The position numbers and the translations under genes were made by a program. A stretch of 64,000 bases of DNA from Schmidtea polychroa (taxonomy: Eukaryota). The first letter of the stretch is position 1. Every line of letters begins with the position of its first letter. This document shows positions 12,645 through 25,764 of this stretch, piece by piece. The DNA is taken from assembly GCA_044892525.1 (NCBI GenBank), contig CM097885.1:12464001-12528000 (forward strand), written 5' to 3'. The notes under the pieces were generated by a model that saw only the letters and a list, made by a program, of their open reading frames with translations, made no database searches and was not told the origin of the DNA.

Positions 12645-14537
12645 AGATAAGAAATCTTCTTCATCATTAAAATCTATCTTAGATAGGTCGATAGTTATAA
12701 TTCTCGAAATGTCAATTTGTTTTTCTAAATAAGCTGTTTCAAACACATGCTGATAGGTTTCAATAAATTTATCAGTGAAATTTGGATAATTCAACATAGG
12801 ATCCTGAATTTCAAACTAAAAATCTGCAATCAATCAATATAAAATTGAAAACATTTCGTTTCTTCATGTTTCTTCGAATGATTTCCGGATTGGCTTTGAC
12901 GTAAACAATGAAGTGCGGTCTCCATAATAATACAATTGAATCTAGTCTTGCCTTGTTATAATATTTGTAAGCTTAAAATAATTACATTTAAATTTAATCT
13001 TCCATTTGAAAACACGTAGAATTTATAAATTGGCAAATAAAGAAATAATTTATTAAATCGGAACTTTATTAAGCGATTGCTAAGATAGTTTTGTTTCTCA
13101 GTATAATTCAGCATTAATAATTTCAACCGGGCGATATCGAGCCTAAAGCCCGTCAATGATCGATAGAGGTCGCAAATAAGTTGTAATGATACACTGAAAA
13201 AGGCGGCAGTGTTTGACATAACGAAATAGTATTAGCAAATGATAATGGTAGCACGCAATAGAAACATTAGTAAGCAAGGTGATAAAAGCAATTGCCAAGA
13301 GTGCAGAGAGATTATAAAACGAAAAAATATTTGCTAAAACATTTGAAAAATAGATTTGAAACAGTTTTCATAATGAATTTTAGAAAGGTTGGAATTATGC
13401 ATGCAATGTCGTTTTTCTTTAGATATTTTGGGGAAAATCCATTGATATGGTGGTAATAGCTTCTTAAAAAACCACAATCGGGCTTTGTTGACCGTTTGGC
13501 ATATAGCAACATATCGATTATTTAAGCATATTGTGCTAAAGCGTTGAGAAAAAGAAACTTTTGTTCTTATTCCATTTTATTAAAATATGCTTTCAATTGG
13601 TTTGGAAATAGATTTTATGAAGAAATATGAAGTACCATCTTGTTATATTCTGACATGACATATTGTGGATTGAGGCATTGTCGTGTATTAAAATATAACT
13701 TCAGTCATCTACGTCCTCTGTAAGGTGATTATAGAAAGAAATCGTTGATGATCAACTGATAGGATGGAAGAAAGAATTAGAAGATGGTGAAGACAAAAAA
13801 AATCAATTAAAAATAAAGTGAAAGATTAGTACTAATTAGTGGCGTAACTTCAAATTCTGGTTATTATTATTATTATTATTATTGGTTTCATTATTAAAAT
13901 AATAAATAATAGAAATTACTATTTACCTTCAGCAGACATTAATCCTAATTCCTTATATGTCAATGCTAATACATGATCTGCAAAAGGAGATCTTTTCGTA
14001 ACGATGCCATTGCCTTAAAAATGAAAATACAATTTCAAACTGAGAATTCTTCGTATTACCATCTGTTAACATTCTAGCCATACTTTGACAGCTATTGAAA
14101 TATCGATTTTTATAATAAAGCAATTGCATCATTAACGGTTTTCCATTTTTTATGGGATCGGGATCATTCCAAAACATTTTAGAAGTGTAAATCTTCGTCG
14201 TATCCGGAAGCATGTCATTGTATTTTATAAAGTTGACTGATTTACCTTCTACATCGACAGTATATGGAGTTTCTTCATTTATATCATCAACATATTTAAG
14301 AGCAAAATGATCAGCAATTCTTTTTGCAATTTCAGATTTATTAACCCCAAAGCATCCTTCTACCGTTATGAATCTTGAATTTATATCAAGGGTTCCAGCC
14401 GAAAAAGGAGGAAACGCAGATTTAGTTGGGTCAGATATCCTTTTTGAGTTTTTCGATTTATTAATAATATATTCACTTTCAGCTGTAAATAGACCACGAG
14501 CAATAATTAAATTTTGAAAAAATTTAACTTTAAGCAT
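12645..14537 (-). CDS. NDUFA10: NADH:ubiquinone oxidoreductase 42-kDa subunit (deoxynucleoside kinase fold); exons 14537-14060, 14013-13927, 12971-12853, 12803-12645; later exons not located
   Basis: SRFITVEGCFGVNKSEIAKRIA, MQLLYYKNR, TDGNGIVTKRSPFADHV, LWRPHFIVYV and DPM...FETAYL align with NDUFA10 motifs; GT-AG introns keep the frame. Confidence 0.85.
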
Positions 14538-15319
14538 AAATAAGTTTAATTTTACGTTAATTTAAATTCAATTCAGACTATATAAAAAGAATAAACAATT
14601 ATTTGTATTTTTATAACAAAGTTTTAATTAAATTTTAATTTGAAATCTTTATTAATGAAAAACTTATATGATTATATGATAAAACTATAAAATTTCTTTA
14701 ATTATTGAGGATAATATATTGAATATATTAATTTGTAAAGATATACGTCATTAGTCATAAATAAGTGAGTAATTTGTTCTTGAGATAAGAGCATAAAGAA
14801 TCATGTAATATTCTGAATTCATAATAATTTATGTTACTTAAAAGTGTATACATTAACATATTGAAATTAAAATATAACTTTTTAATGATATACCATATAT
14901 TTGAGCCTTTCAAACTAAATCTATTGGTGGGTTACAGGTGGTCGAATGATTAAGTGCTGCTACCAGCGTAACCCAACATGCAACCTTGTTTTTCCGCTTG
15001 GTACCCGTTGAGTGATCAACGTTGGTACTGTACCAAGGGTTGAGTACCCGCAAAAGGTGAGCGCATCAACGCGCTATAATTGTCGAGTACTCCACGGGTT
15101 CATGGACTACCGTTAGAAGGTTTGTGTCCGATTTCCTCAGGTCCCCTATTCGAAATTGTTTTCCAAACTCTCAACACCTCGATTTTCAGTCACTCAACGT
15201 TTGTAAACAACATACTTCATACATTAATTTAACTAAATTTGTATTTAGACATTAACAATAAACAACCAAAAAAAAAATTTCAATATATCTAGCATAAGTG
15301 ACTGTTCACATCGCGGAAA

Positions 15320-15766
15320 TTACACTGGTATAGATTTTTCTTGTCGCTCATACTCGGCTAACCTAGCCTTCTTTAACTTCTCCCGGATGTTCCGTCCTAA
15401 CCGCTTTCTTTTGGGTTTCTCTTTCGCGGCCGGAGGGTATATTGCTGCTAGTTCCACAGTCAACGGCCGGATTTGGCTTATGGCGGCCCCGTGAACTACT
15501 TGTTCATTTCGCTCGGTTTCTAACGCGCGGAGCTGGAGCTTCAGTGCCCGGATCTCCATCTGATCCTGCGCGGCTTGGGCCTGCAGTTGAAGGACCTGCG
15601 CCACCTTCTTTTTCATATCCTCGGGACTAAACCGGGTGCTTTCTAGTTCCCGGCACCGTCCCTTGAGCTTGTCTACTCGTATGCGGAGCTCCTCGGCCTG
15701 TTTTTGGGCTTCTTCCCTGTCCTTTCGCAAATTTTCAAGTAGTTTGAACACTAGATAAAAATTCAA
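15320..15766 (-). CDS. Orphan coiled-coil protein with basic tail, inside family B copy 1; true start uncertain (possible splice acceptor near 15751)
   Basis: Open for 148 codons in visibly GC-richer DNA; heptad-like E/K/R/Q/L helix and a KPKRKR basic motif. Confidence 0.55.
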   Translation of the reverse strand: MNFYLVFKLLENLRKDREEAQKQAEELRIRVDKLKGRCRELESTRFSPEDMKKKVAQVLQLQAQAAQDQMEIRALKLQLRALETERNEQVVHGAAISQIRPLTVELAAIYPPAAKEKPKRKRLGRNIREKLKKARLAEYERQEKSIPV

Positions 15767-15967
15767 TGATTCATTCTTGCAGCATAACGCTCATTCCATT
15801 ATATAATAAGATCAATATTATAAATAAACATAGTTTCAGATATTAAGCACGCAATTCCTAAGATAATTTATTGAAAGGAATAAAATAATTCGTCACTAAA
15901 ATTAAAGTTTAATTAAGTCATAACTGATGATAATTGCAAAAAAAAATTTGATGATGAGTCAGGTCGG

Positions 15968-16324
15968 TCACTTGCGAGGCCTTCCCCTCTTCCGCGGGGT
16001 TGTCTCGGCCTCTTCTAGGTCCTCTACGGTTTTCCCTTCATTGTTTGCCCGGATTTGCAAGTCGATTTTCCTCAATCGCATCTGGGCTGCTTCTACCTCG
16101 ATGGCCGCTCGGTCGCGGGCCTCTTGCAAAAAATCGTTTGTGGGCTCTGTTTTTACCCACGCTGGGGCGTCCGGTTCCGGCCCACTCCTGATTACTGGGC
16201 CCCAGTTGTCGAGGTCCAAGCCCCGGTTCCAATCATGGATACGGTACCATATGTACCGTGTCCGGAGTCGTGTAAGCATCTGTCGGTCGGCTTCTTCGTT
16301 ACTAACACTGTCAGAATAGGACAT
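15968..16324 (-). CDS. Orphan 118-aa protein ending in an AT-hook-like motif, inside family B copy 1
   Basis: Intact ATG-to-stop frame in GC-rich DNA; C-terminus PRKRGRPRK. Confidence 0.6.
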   Translation of the reverse strand: MSYSDSVSNEEADRQMLTRLRTRYIWYRIHDWNRGLDLDNWGPVIRSGPEPDAPAWVKTEPTNDFLQEARDRAAIEVEAAQMRLRKIDLQIRANNEGKTVEDLEEAETTPRKRGRPRK

Positions 16325-17409
16325 TTCTACAAAAGAGTAATCAAGCCACTTTATACTGATTGTAATACGGCGTTAAACACAGGATTTTGTTGTCCCTTTT
16401 TCCCTTTAAGAATTTAAAAATAAAAAGAAATATTTTATTTTAAGGCTAACATTTATAATCCTAGGAACAATAGAATGAAATTTCATATTTTGTCTATTAA
16501 TAACCAAAAAGAATTTATCAACAATCCTCTTGTTTTAATTAACTAATTTTCCCTAAATTTGTATTTATCACTAAGTGATCATTTAAATTATATTTTATGT
16601 ATTTTAATTTAAATATTATAGCGAATTTGAAATTTCAGGGTTTAAATCTTTTGCCACTAAATTCGGGTACGCTGAGGCGACAGGTATTAACAACGAGCTT
16701 AGCTTCTCGTCTGCTTGCCTTTCCTTCGGTTGTACTCGTCATGAGTGGTATAGTCCGCTTTGATTTGCTTGTAAGTAGTTTAATTTTTTAACCATAGCTT
16801 TTCGATTTTAGAGATATTTGGTGGGAATCTTTCACTCGGATGGAATGACCGGTTGTTCAAAGCCCTAATGGAATTTTATATGACTCTGTGTTGGTATCTT
16901 TAGTTTGCTTTGTATTTAGTGGGGTTAGAAGTTTTGTTGAATAATTTTAATTTGGCATGTTCTTTGGCTAATCGCTTTTGATTTTTGTAAAACAAATTTT
17001 TGTCAGTTATCGATAATTCATGCGACTGATTCCGTGGAGTTCCACGGTTGGTATCGACTGTCCCAATGTATTCCTAGTCCTCAATGAATTGGTTTAGGTT
17101 AATGGGGGTTTTACCTGACTTTTAATTTATGGGGCCGCTAAATTAACTAAGATATATACGTCACTGATGAGCCTGGGTTAAATTAACTTATTCGATACGT
17201 ATAGTTACCTACAGTTACACATGTCTATATATGCGCACCTACTCATGTTATTATTGAATTAATAGTCCTAGCATTTTCTCCGAGGGGGTTACTAAAAATA
17301 GATTTCTGGAATTATGGTCATTTTTTTTGGAGTAAAGGGGTAGGTTCTAAATTTATTCGTGGGGGAAATCCTAAATCGATAATTCAATCAAATTTTGATT
17401 TTTGGAAAT

Positions 17410-17557
17410 TAATAATGAAATAATAGTAATAACAATAATGGTGATAATCATAATGTTGATAAGAATAACACTAGGAAGAATGATCATAGCAATAATTATG
17501 ATAATAATAAAAATGATAATAATAACAAATAAATCATAATAATAATAATAATGATTC

Positions 17558-17622
<65 letters not shown>

Positions 17623-17835
17623 CTAATCATACTGGTACTAATAATAATAGTAACAATAATAATAGTAATAATAATAATAACAATACCAATAATAATAATA
17701 ATAATAATAGTAATAGTAGTAATAATAATAATAATACCATTCATAATACTGGGTAATGAGAATAATAGTAATAATGATGGTAATATCAGCAATAATAACA
17801 ATAATATTAGGGTTAATAATAATAATACTAGTAGT
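17410..17835. repeat. (AAT)n-rich microsatellite inside family B copy 1
   Basis: Imperfect AAT array; counterpart at about 30950-31060 in copy 2. Confidence 0.95.
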
Positions 17836-20800
17836 ATAATTTTATATGGTACAATTCGAAGTTTATATTTCCCATTTTAGAGGTTCCTATTCTATGATTT
17901 AGGAAGTTACTTTTTGTAATTTACAAATTTCTGTTTCTAATTTAAAATTTTCTATTTTCCAATTTATAAATTTATAACTTCTAATTATATATATTATAGT
18001 CTGTAATTTAATAATTTATGACTTTATATTTTATATTTTATAATTTTATATTTTATACTTTATAATTTTATACTTTACGATTTATAATTTTATATTTCGT
18101 AATTTATAATTTTATATTTTATACATTTGTATTTCATAATTTATACTTTTGTATTGTATAATTCATAAATCCATATTTTATAATTTACAAGTTTGTAATT
18201 TAGAATTTTTATAGATTTTGATTTAATGATTCACGATTTCCTATTCGACTTTACATAACTTTTAAGAATTACCTTTGCGTGATCAATATTATTTCCCTAA
18301 ATTTTCGGGTTATAAGTTATATTTTCCGAGGTCCCACATCTACATATAAAAATTGTATACTCAAAATATATAATTGCTAATCTGAATATTTCATTAAGGA
18401 TTTACCTCAATATAGTTATATTTAAGATCTTACAGATATTTCTGACGTTATAACTAATTATTTATATCTTTATGAATATTCTAAAGTGGGAATTCTTAAT
18501 TTTAATCCTTTGGATTTGGAGTACCTATATTTACATTAAATTAACCTATCTAGATTAAGTTCTACTTATACGTATGCCGAATAGCTTTCTCATTTCCATT
18601 ACTTCATCATAAACTCCTATTACAATATCTCGTTCGGCATATGTTTAAGTATAACTGAAATTACTATTATTGACCAACCAACTACATTAATGTGCTGTAG
18701 AATTGTGTGAGATTAGGTATGAGTTCTACTCAGATTAAGACCTTATTGTAGAGATATTTGACATTGATTTTTAATGTTGATTTTAAATTTGTATTGCGTA
18801 CAAGGTCGGGAAGAATATTGCTTCCATGGCCCCACTGTGACCACTTCCACAAACCTTAGTGTTGAGTTTTGAGTCAACCATTTACGGTCGACCTTACATA
18901 AATACAAAGAGTCAGGCGGAGGGTTTCCTCGACCTAACTCCATGGCAGGACCATGAAGTAGTTCGACCTCCGAACTGACCCGAACAAAAAGAGTGTTATA
19001 GATAATCATAATGCATGTGTGCATGAGAAATTGAATTTAAAATTATATGCAGGACCGATCAGAGACGTACTCGGACGCCGCTGATCCGTTGAGAATTACT
19101 AAACATAAAATCTTAAAAATATTTTTAATAGATAAAAGGTCGATATTAATATAATTACATAACATAAAATTACAACAAATCAAAAGGCTTACTAATGATT
19201 CTCAAAAAAAAATTTCAGCAAAATATTGGCATAAAGATTGATTTATGACCGAAACATGTCGGTATATATACCTATTTTGTACACGTGTATGTATTGATGC
19301 ATTAAAACAAACTCGAATTCTTTTTATTCCAGAATTTTCTATTTTACGATTTTGCTATTTTTAATGGCAATTTTTGTGCCATAATTTTTGTTTTTATTTT
19401 TATATTTTTATTTTTTAATTATTTTTCATTAATTTTACGTCCATGATGGATTTGGAACGGTTCCAGAACATTCTATTTTACTTTTAATTTAATTTTTATT
19501 CTAACTGATGTTTTATGAATTTCTCTCTAAGATTTATTATTTTTAATACTAATTTATTTATTTCCTCTAACTTTTATTGTTCTAGCTGGCTTTTGTGATG
19601 GTCATCGCCATTTTAATGGAATGTTCTGGGCTTTTCTGGAATTTTTTCGGTTTTTATCGTCTTTTAAGTTGTTCGAGTCTGTTTTATGCATATCGGTGTT
19701 TATTTGGTTGTTTTTGAGTTCTATTTTTGCATCACTTCTTGCTTTTGTATAATTTTATTTAATTTCTGTGTTTTAGGTTTTTGTTACTTTCTCCTTTAGT
19801 TAATATTGTTTATTTGATGTAATTTTAATATTTAACTAAACTTCTTGCTTTTGCATGTTGTGTACCTGCACCTTTCAGTCACAATTCAAGTTTGGGTCTA
19901 GAAGTCAGTTCTAGCCCAACACTATCACAAAGTAAAATTGGTCAGATGAATCTTTTGTTGAATCCAAAAACAAAGTCGAGAACTTCAGATGCCTTCTAAG
20001 TTCTGAATACATTAGGTCCAAAGTGACGATAAAATACATTTTTCAGTTCTAAACTAATATTAAGATCAATCATGTATTAATGACTAAACACAGAAATAGT
20101 GACTCGTACTAAAAAAAAAGGTCCGTTCCAAATACTCTTTTATTAACTTTTATTATTTACCAATAATTAATTACAGTAACTTTCGGTTTCTTGGGTTCAG
20201 TTAGGTTAAAATTGTTAATGGTAGCCTAGTTTCTTTAATTACCACAAAAACGCATAACTCAATTTACCCAATTAATACCCACCACAAAGTGTCGTTGACA
20301 CTGCATCGACTGGTTGAGAATTAAAAAAAGGTGAGCGCTGTTGTAATGACTGCTTAGTACAATACTTTCTTCGATTCAAACTGAAAGATAGAACATCTTT
20401 CCATGCCCTTTTCCACAAGGTGTATTACACCGTGATTGCAGCTCCTACCTTAGATTTTTACTACTTTAAACTACTAGACCACAAACTATCTCTACCTTAC
20501 TTCCGAAGAAAATGAAATACGAATTTTAAATTTCTAGTCTCCCTGATTAAACTCGTTATTTTAAGACACCTAAAATGATTATAACAATAAATTGATTAAC
20601 TGTCCTGGAAAAAATTGTTAAAGGACTACAAATAAATAAATAAATTAATTAATTATAAAAAATGTATTAAATAAATTAGAAGTATACTCTCTAAGCTCAA
20701 CAGCAAAATATACAATATTGAAAATTTGACAAAGTATTATTTAAGAGCTTGAATAATGATCTCATATCTATATGGATAAATATTCAAACCTTAAAGTTTA

Positions 20801-22303
20801 CTTTAAATAAAAAAAATTACTTGAAAGTCATTTCTAAAATGGCTAAATACAAATAGTTAAACTAGCTAAATAAAATAGCTAATAAATAAATAAATCATTA
20901 AATAGTGGTAAAACTGAATGCATATGAGTAGTTAAATTAACCACATGTATTTCAAAAAATTTCATAAAGAATGACGCATCTATAATTGGTTGTACATACC
21001 AACCCATATTATAAATGCGTTTATTTAGTGCAAACGAGTGTAAATCAAGAATTCCGAGCTCCAGAATGTTTACAATTTTGTATAATGAAATGGTTAGTGA
21101 ACACTTAGCTCCTTTTACACAGTTATTTTACGGGAAAATGTTGAGTTGCGCTCAGAGGTTCAGATATTTCTCACAGACTTAAAATTTAAAGAGAACTGAA
21201 AGAGAAATTAAAATTCATTTTGAAAGATTTGGAACAAAACAGAACATCTCTAGAAGAATTTTTGTCAAAGATGAATTTGTTATTACAGCCTGAATAATAA
21301 TTTTAATAAATACTTTCCCGAAAACTTCTCAAGTAAAAACTGAATAAGAAACTCAATTTCAACTGAAGAAAATGTAGAATATTTAGAACTGTCATGTGAT
21401 GGGGGGCTTCAATATAGAATTATCTTGGCGTTTGAGTTGTTCTGACAAAATTCCTAACATTATGAACTTGATGACGAGAACGTGGATTCTTACCGAAATA
21501 TAAAATTCTTTCATTAATGCAGATAAACGAATTTACAGCTATTGAAAATCAAACAGACAATAGTTCTAGGATTTCCGATTTTTTTGTGAAATCTAGGGCG
21601 GTTTACACTTGAAATTGCTCAGTTTTAGACAAATGCCAAACTTTCAAATCTAGAAGCTTATTGTGAAATTGATAACGAAGATAAAAAAAATAATGAAACT
21701 GGATGGATCAGTTCAAAAGAAGTCAACCCATTATTTTACCTCGACGCATTCTTGAGTTTTTTGGGCGCAGTAACTAAATGTGAAACTGGATTTTAGGTTC
21801 TTTAGGTTCTCACAACGCTGTTTAAATACGGAGCGTGAGGAAAGGATAACTCTATAATTCCATCTATTTATCCGCATCGGAAAAATATTATTCGTAAAAT
21901 TTATAAAATTTGAACAGAAATAAATTTGGAGTTTTTAGTAGTGAATCTTTTGTGCTAGATTGTAATTGTAATAGATAATAAATATTAGTAACATGGTTTG
22001 GAGTTAAATCAATAATTGTGTTATTTTTAAAAAAATTCAACTATTTATTTGATTAACCCATTACCAGCCACTGTACTCACATTTAACTCATTTCAACCCA
22101 TTTCACTACTTTATTCATATGTATTTTATTATATAGATGAGACCGCTCTAGACCTCTTAGATTACGTGTAGTTTTCTTTTGGGCGTTCATTTAAACAAAA
22201 AACACCCGAAGAAAAATTAATTTACAATTAAAATAAAATAGTATTTTAAAATTATAAATATTATAATTATGTTTCTCCATGAGTAAATTTTATATTTACA
22301 AAG

Positions 22304-23203
22304 TTATCGGATCCTAAAACGCTTGCCACAAATTGTTATAATATTTGGATTTTTATTTCGTTTTGTTGGTTTTTGACATTTCGATGAATTTTCACATAGT
22401 TTGCACAATTTTTTGGGAGGACCATTTACACTATCTAGGGGCTTTTTGTAGAATTTTGCCCATTGATTGATTAATTTTATTACAAGTTTTATTTTCATAA
22501 TTCTCATTTGGATGCGCTTGCAAAGATGATAAACTACTTCGTAAATATGGCTCTCTCTGAGATCGACGGATGAAATGTTATTAAATTCTAGAAGAGCTTG
22601 CAACAAAATGGTCCTTTTATCTATGGCAGGTAACTTATTGTCTTTCAATGGTTTTAACCATTCAGCAATTGCTGTTAGAAATTTGCATTCAATTAATATA
22701 TCTTTTATTTTCTTGTCTTTAGGATTCATAAGGATATTTTCCACTTGTTCCAGAATGCCCAATTGTCTCTCGCATGATTCAGTTTTGGAATATAATTTTT
22801 CGTCGGTTTCGCGGGCTAATTGCATTTTGTTTATTAATTAAAAAATAGTTTGTTCGATTGTGTTTTTTCACTCATTCTCTTTTGATGGGCATGAATTCGT
22901 TTCCTTGATTTGTTTCCTATTTGTTTTCTCGCATCTTCAAAGGTGGTTAAAGCATCTGTGTTATAGGAAATTGTTTCGTGAGGACTTCCATTATGGAAAT
23001 TTGCTTTTTGGTTTTTTATTTCGACTGGGTTTTATTATATTTACTTTGATATTATTTTCATTTTGTTTTATTGAAGATTCTTTATTCATTGTTTTAATTG
23101 AGGATTTATTTTCACTTTCCGAAGGGTTTTCATCATCAGAATCGCCAAATAATTCTTTGATTAGTTCTTTAGAATCTTTTTTAATATTTGAATTGTTTTT
23201 CAT
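22304..23203 (-). pseudogene. IWS1: IWS1/Spn1-like (TFIIS N-terminal domain) intronless copy with frameshifts and a stop
   Basis: ELFGDSDDE, then LINKMQLARETD and FLTAIAEWLKPLKDNKLPAIDKRTILLQAL...KLINQWAK. The expected HPNENYENK lies in a shifted frame, and an in-frame TAA precedes the domain. Confidence 0.75.
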
Positions 23204-23705
23204 TTTGAATTTTAATTATTTTTATATCGAAACTTTTAAATCGGCAAAAATTAAATATTTAAATAATTTAATTAAATTTCAAATAATTAAAAATATTATT
23301 TGAAATTATAAAATTTGTGGAACATAATAGTAATCACCAGGCATGAAACCCCTAGGGAATCACAATTCTGGACAAGCCTCTCCTAAAAGGTGTTTTAATG
23401 GGTTTTAATTTTTTTAATTAAATATTTTAATGAAATTATTTTTTTATTATTTTGGGGTAAAAACAGAATTTGATATGCTTTTTGAGTCGAATTTGTCAGG
23501 AATAGCAATAAATTAAATTCACAGAGTCAACTCAAATATATTTCACGAAAAAAAGATTTAAATATAGAGGGAACAAATATAATAAACAACAAACTTAAAA
23601 AAATACAAGAAATAATATAAACATAACAATAATATCGTCCTCATATTTTTTCAATTTTTTATCAGACAAATAAAGAAAGGGAATAATTAATAATATTACT
23701 ATAAT

Positions 23706-24016
23706 TAGCGATGTCAATGGTTACCCAGTTATCTAAATCAAAAATCGACTACCCGTTCGTTCCGTTTATAATTCAAATTCGAAATAAAAAACATAGTAGC
23801 AAAAATCAGCAATTATCTAAAGAAACAAAATTTATTAGATTTGTGCATCAGTTGTTGGCTACAGTCGTTCTACTTCTTCCTGTAATAACAAAGTGCATGA
23901 TGTTACAGGCTAGTGCTATGTCATATCAAGATTGTGGCGTAAACGGGTATTCGGCCACTCGCCAGTCGAGCGGACGGGTAACCGGGAGCACGTTTTCCAA
24001 CTTTTTGCCAGCCTTA
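23706..24016. mobile_element. hAT-type MITE
   Basis: Imperfect TIRs (TAGCGATGTCAA / TAAGGCTGGCAA) and a perfect 8-bp TSD ACTATAAT (23698-23705, 24017-24024). Confidence 0.75.
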
Positions 24017-25764
24017 ACTATAATCATTAATTTAAAATATATTTCCTAAAACTAGACCAAAATAAAAATTAAAATTTCTAGAAAATCTTGTTTGTTTTTA
24101 GTGACATTTGGTTTTTTTCTTCAGGTGCTTTTTGTTTAAATGAAGTGAATATATTATGTAAAAAATAGACTCTTAAATTAAATTTTTATAAATAGTCGAA
24201 TATTTTTAGGATTTTTTCTTTAGAAATGAAATTTTTGCAATATTTTCATGTGTTTTGAAATGGAAAATAGAATTAATTTTCAACTCACATTTTGAGTGAA
24301 TTGTCTTGATCAAAAATTAAAAGTGGTTTTAATTAAAAAGAAATTTATAATTTTAATCATGTTGAGATTATCGGTGAAATGCAAAATTAACAATTATTGA
24401 TCAATCTCCAAATGTCTTGAAAAATTAATAATGTATTATTGTTGTTATTTATGTATATAATATTTGTGTTTATTTCTTGCATTTGTGAACTATTTTCAAA
24501 TTACTTTTATGTTTCTTGATTTGTTAGTGTTAAGTTCTCTCGTTTTTCAAAATGTACTTAATGTTTTTTATTTGTTTTGAATTAAAATTGACTTAAGGCT
24601 CTTTTAGTATTTATTTAACACATTTCGATCAAATTTCATGTTTACCCTGAGTCGAAATCAGTGTTTGCCTAACATCAACTATGGATATTTTTAAAATTTT
24701 CTCTTTGTTATTCTTAACACCTGATTACTGTACTATCAATTTATCTACCATTCCAAATACGATATATCAAACACAAACTCACCATTCTATGCATACATAC
24801 TATTAGGATTCTCATCCGTTGCAACATTAATATCTGTTTCTAAATCACTAAATAATTCCATAAATTTTATTTAATAAATTATACACTCAAAAACTTGTCT
24901 TATCTTTTGTTTGTTATTTAAACAAATTTCAATCTTTCTTTTAAAATATTCTTCAATAAAAATATTTTTTAAATTTAACAAAATTTCTAATTAAATCTTT
25001 AAGAATCTTTCAACTTCTTCATACGCACTACTCACACATGCTTTATAGTGCTCAATAATATTAAGCCTTTATTTTATTTTTTATAATAATTTTTTTTCAT
25101 TATTGAAATTGTTATTTTGCGGCTTGGAGAGTATCAACGATGATGCCAATAATAAGAATAAATTGCGGATATTCTAATGAATTTCAACAAATAACTGTTC
25201 CACTCACATGTAAATATAATTTTGATATTTTAATTTTAAATGTTCATTATTTTGTTTTACTGTACTGATCATTTCAAGAGGTTTTATATAACGAATGACA
25301 AACGAAAACTCTGTTAACCGATTTCTTCAAAGTTTGTCTTGAAATTATTATAATCATTTGCTTTATAAATTATTAATGAAAAAACTTTTAAAGTATTTAT
25401 ATTTATTACGAATAAATAAATGTATAAATTATTATAAACAATTCCAAATATCAGAAAAACGGTTGCTAGTAACTGAGTTCGAGGATTTCAGCCTGAAGGC
25501 TCCCTTATTATTAGGTCCTTACACGATTGTGTAACTTGCGTAATATCTACGTCACTGGCAGGGCATTACTTAAATCTAATTTTTTATTCCTTTAAGTCAA
25601 TTTTACATAATATTTACATGAGATGAACATAAATGTTGAGGAAACAACGGGGTCGTCATAAGGTAAATTCGACTTCAACACGACTCAACACAATTAATTG
25701 GAATTTGTCCAATAAAACAAATGAAATTCAATGTTAAAACACAACAAATTATTAAAAAAAATTT

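Larger units (their letters stand above)
14925..19921 (-). mobile_element. Family B element, copy 1 (4997 bp, TG...CA ends, no enzyme recognised)
   Basis: On the minus strand it starts TGTTGGGCTAG (19921) and ends TAACCCACCA (14925); 4-bp TSD CTAT (14921-14924 and 19922-19925); both ends are homologous to copy 2. Confidence 0.85.

Noticed and set aside
14925..14950. TGGTGGGTTAC... as a tRNA primer-binding site or tRNA 3' end
   Set aside because: It is the TSD-defined element terminus, the spacing does not fit a tRNA T-arm plus acceptor stem, and the TTCGA-like part is not kept in copy 2.
15927..16417. Plus-strand ORFs overlapping the cargo ORFs
   Set aside because: Most simply antisense shadows of GC-rich minus-strand coding sequence.
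19225..19265. Hairpin followed by CGAAACATGTC, resembling a minimal hammerhead
   Set aside because: No upstream CTGANGA core, and the motif is not conserved in copies 2 and 3.
20950..21850. Coding-like degenerate stretch
   Set aside because: Many stops and no motif I can assign; probably an old transposon.
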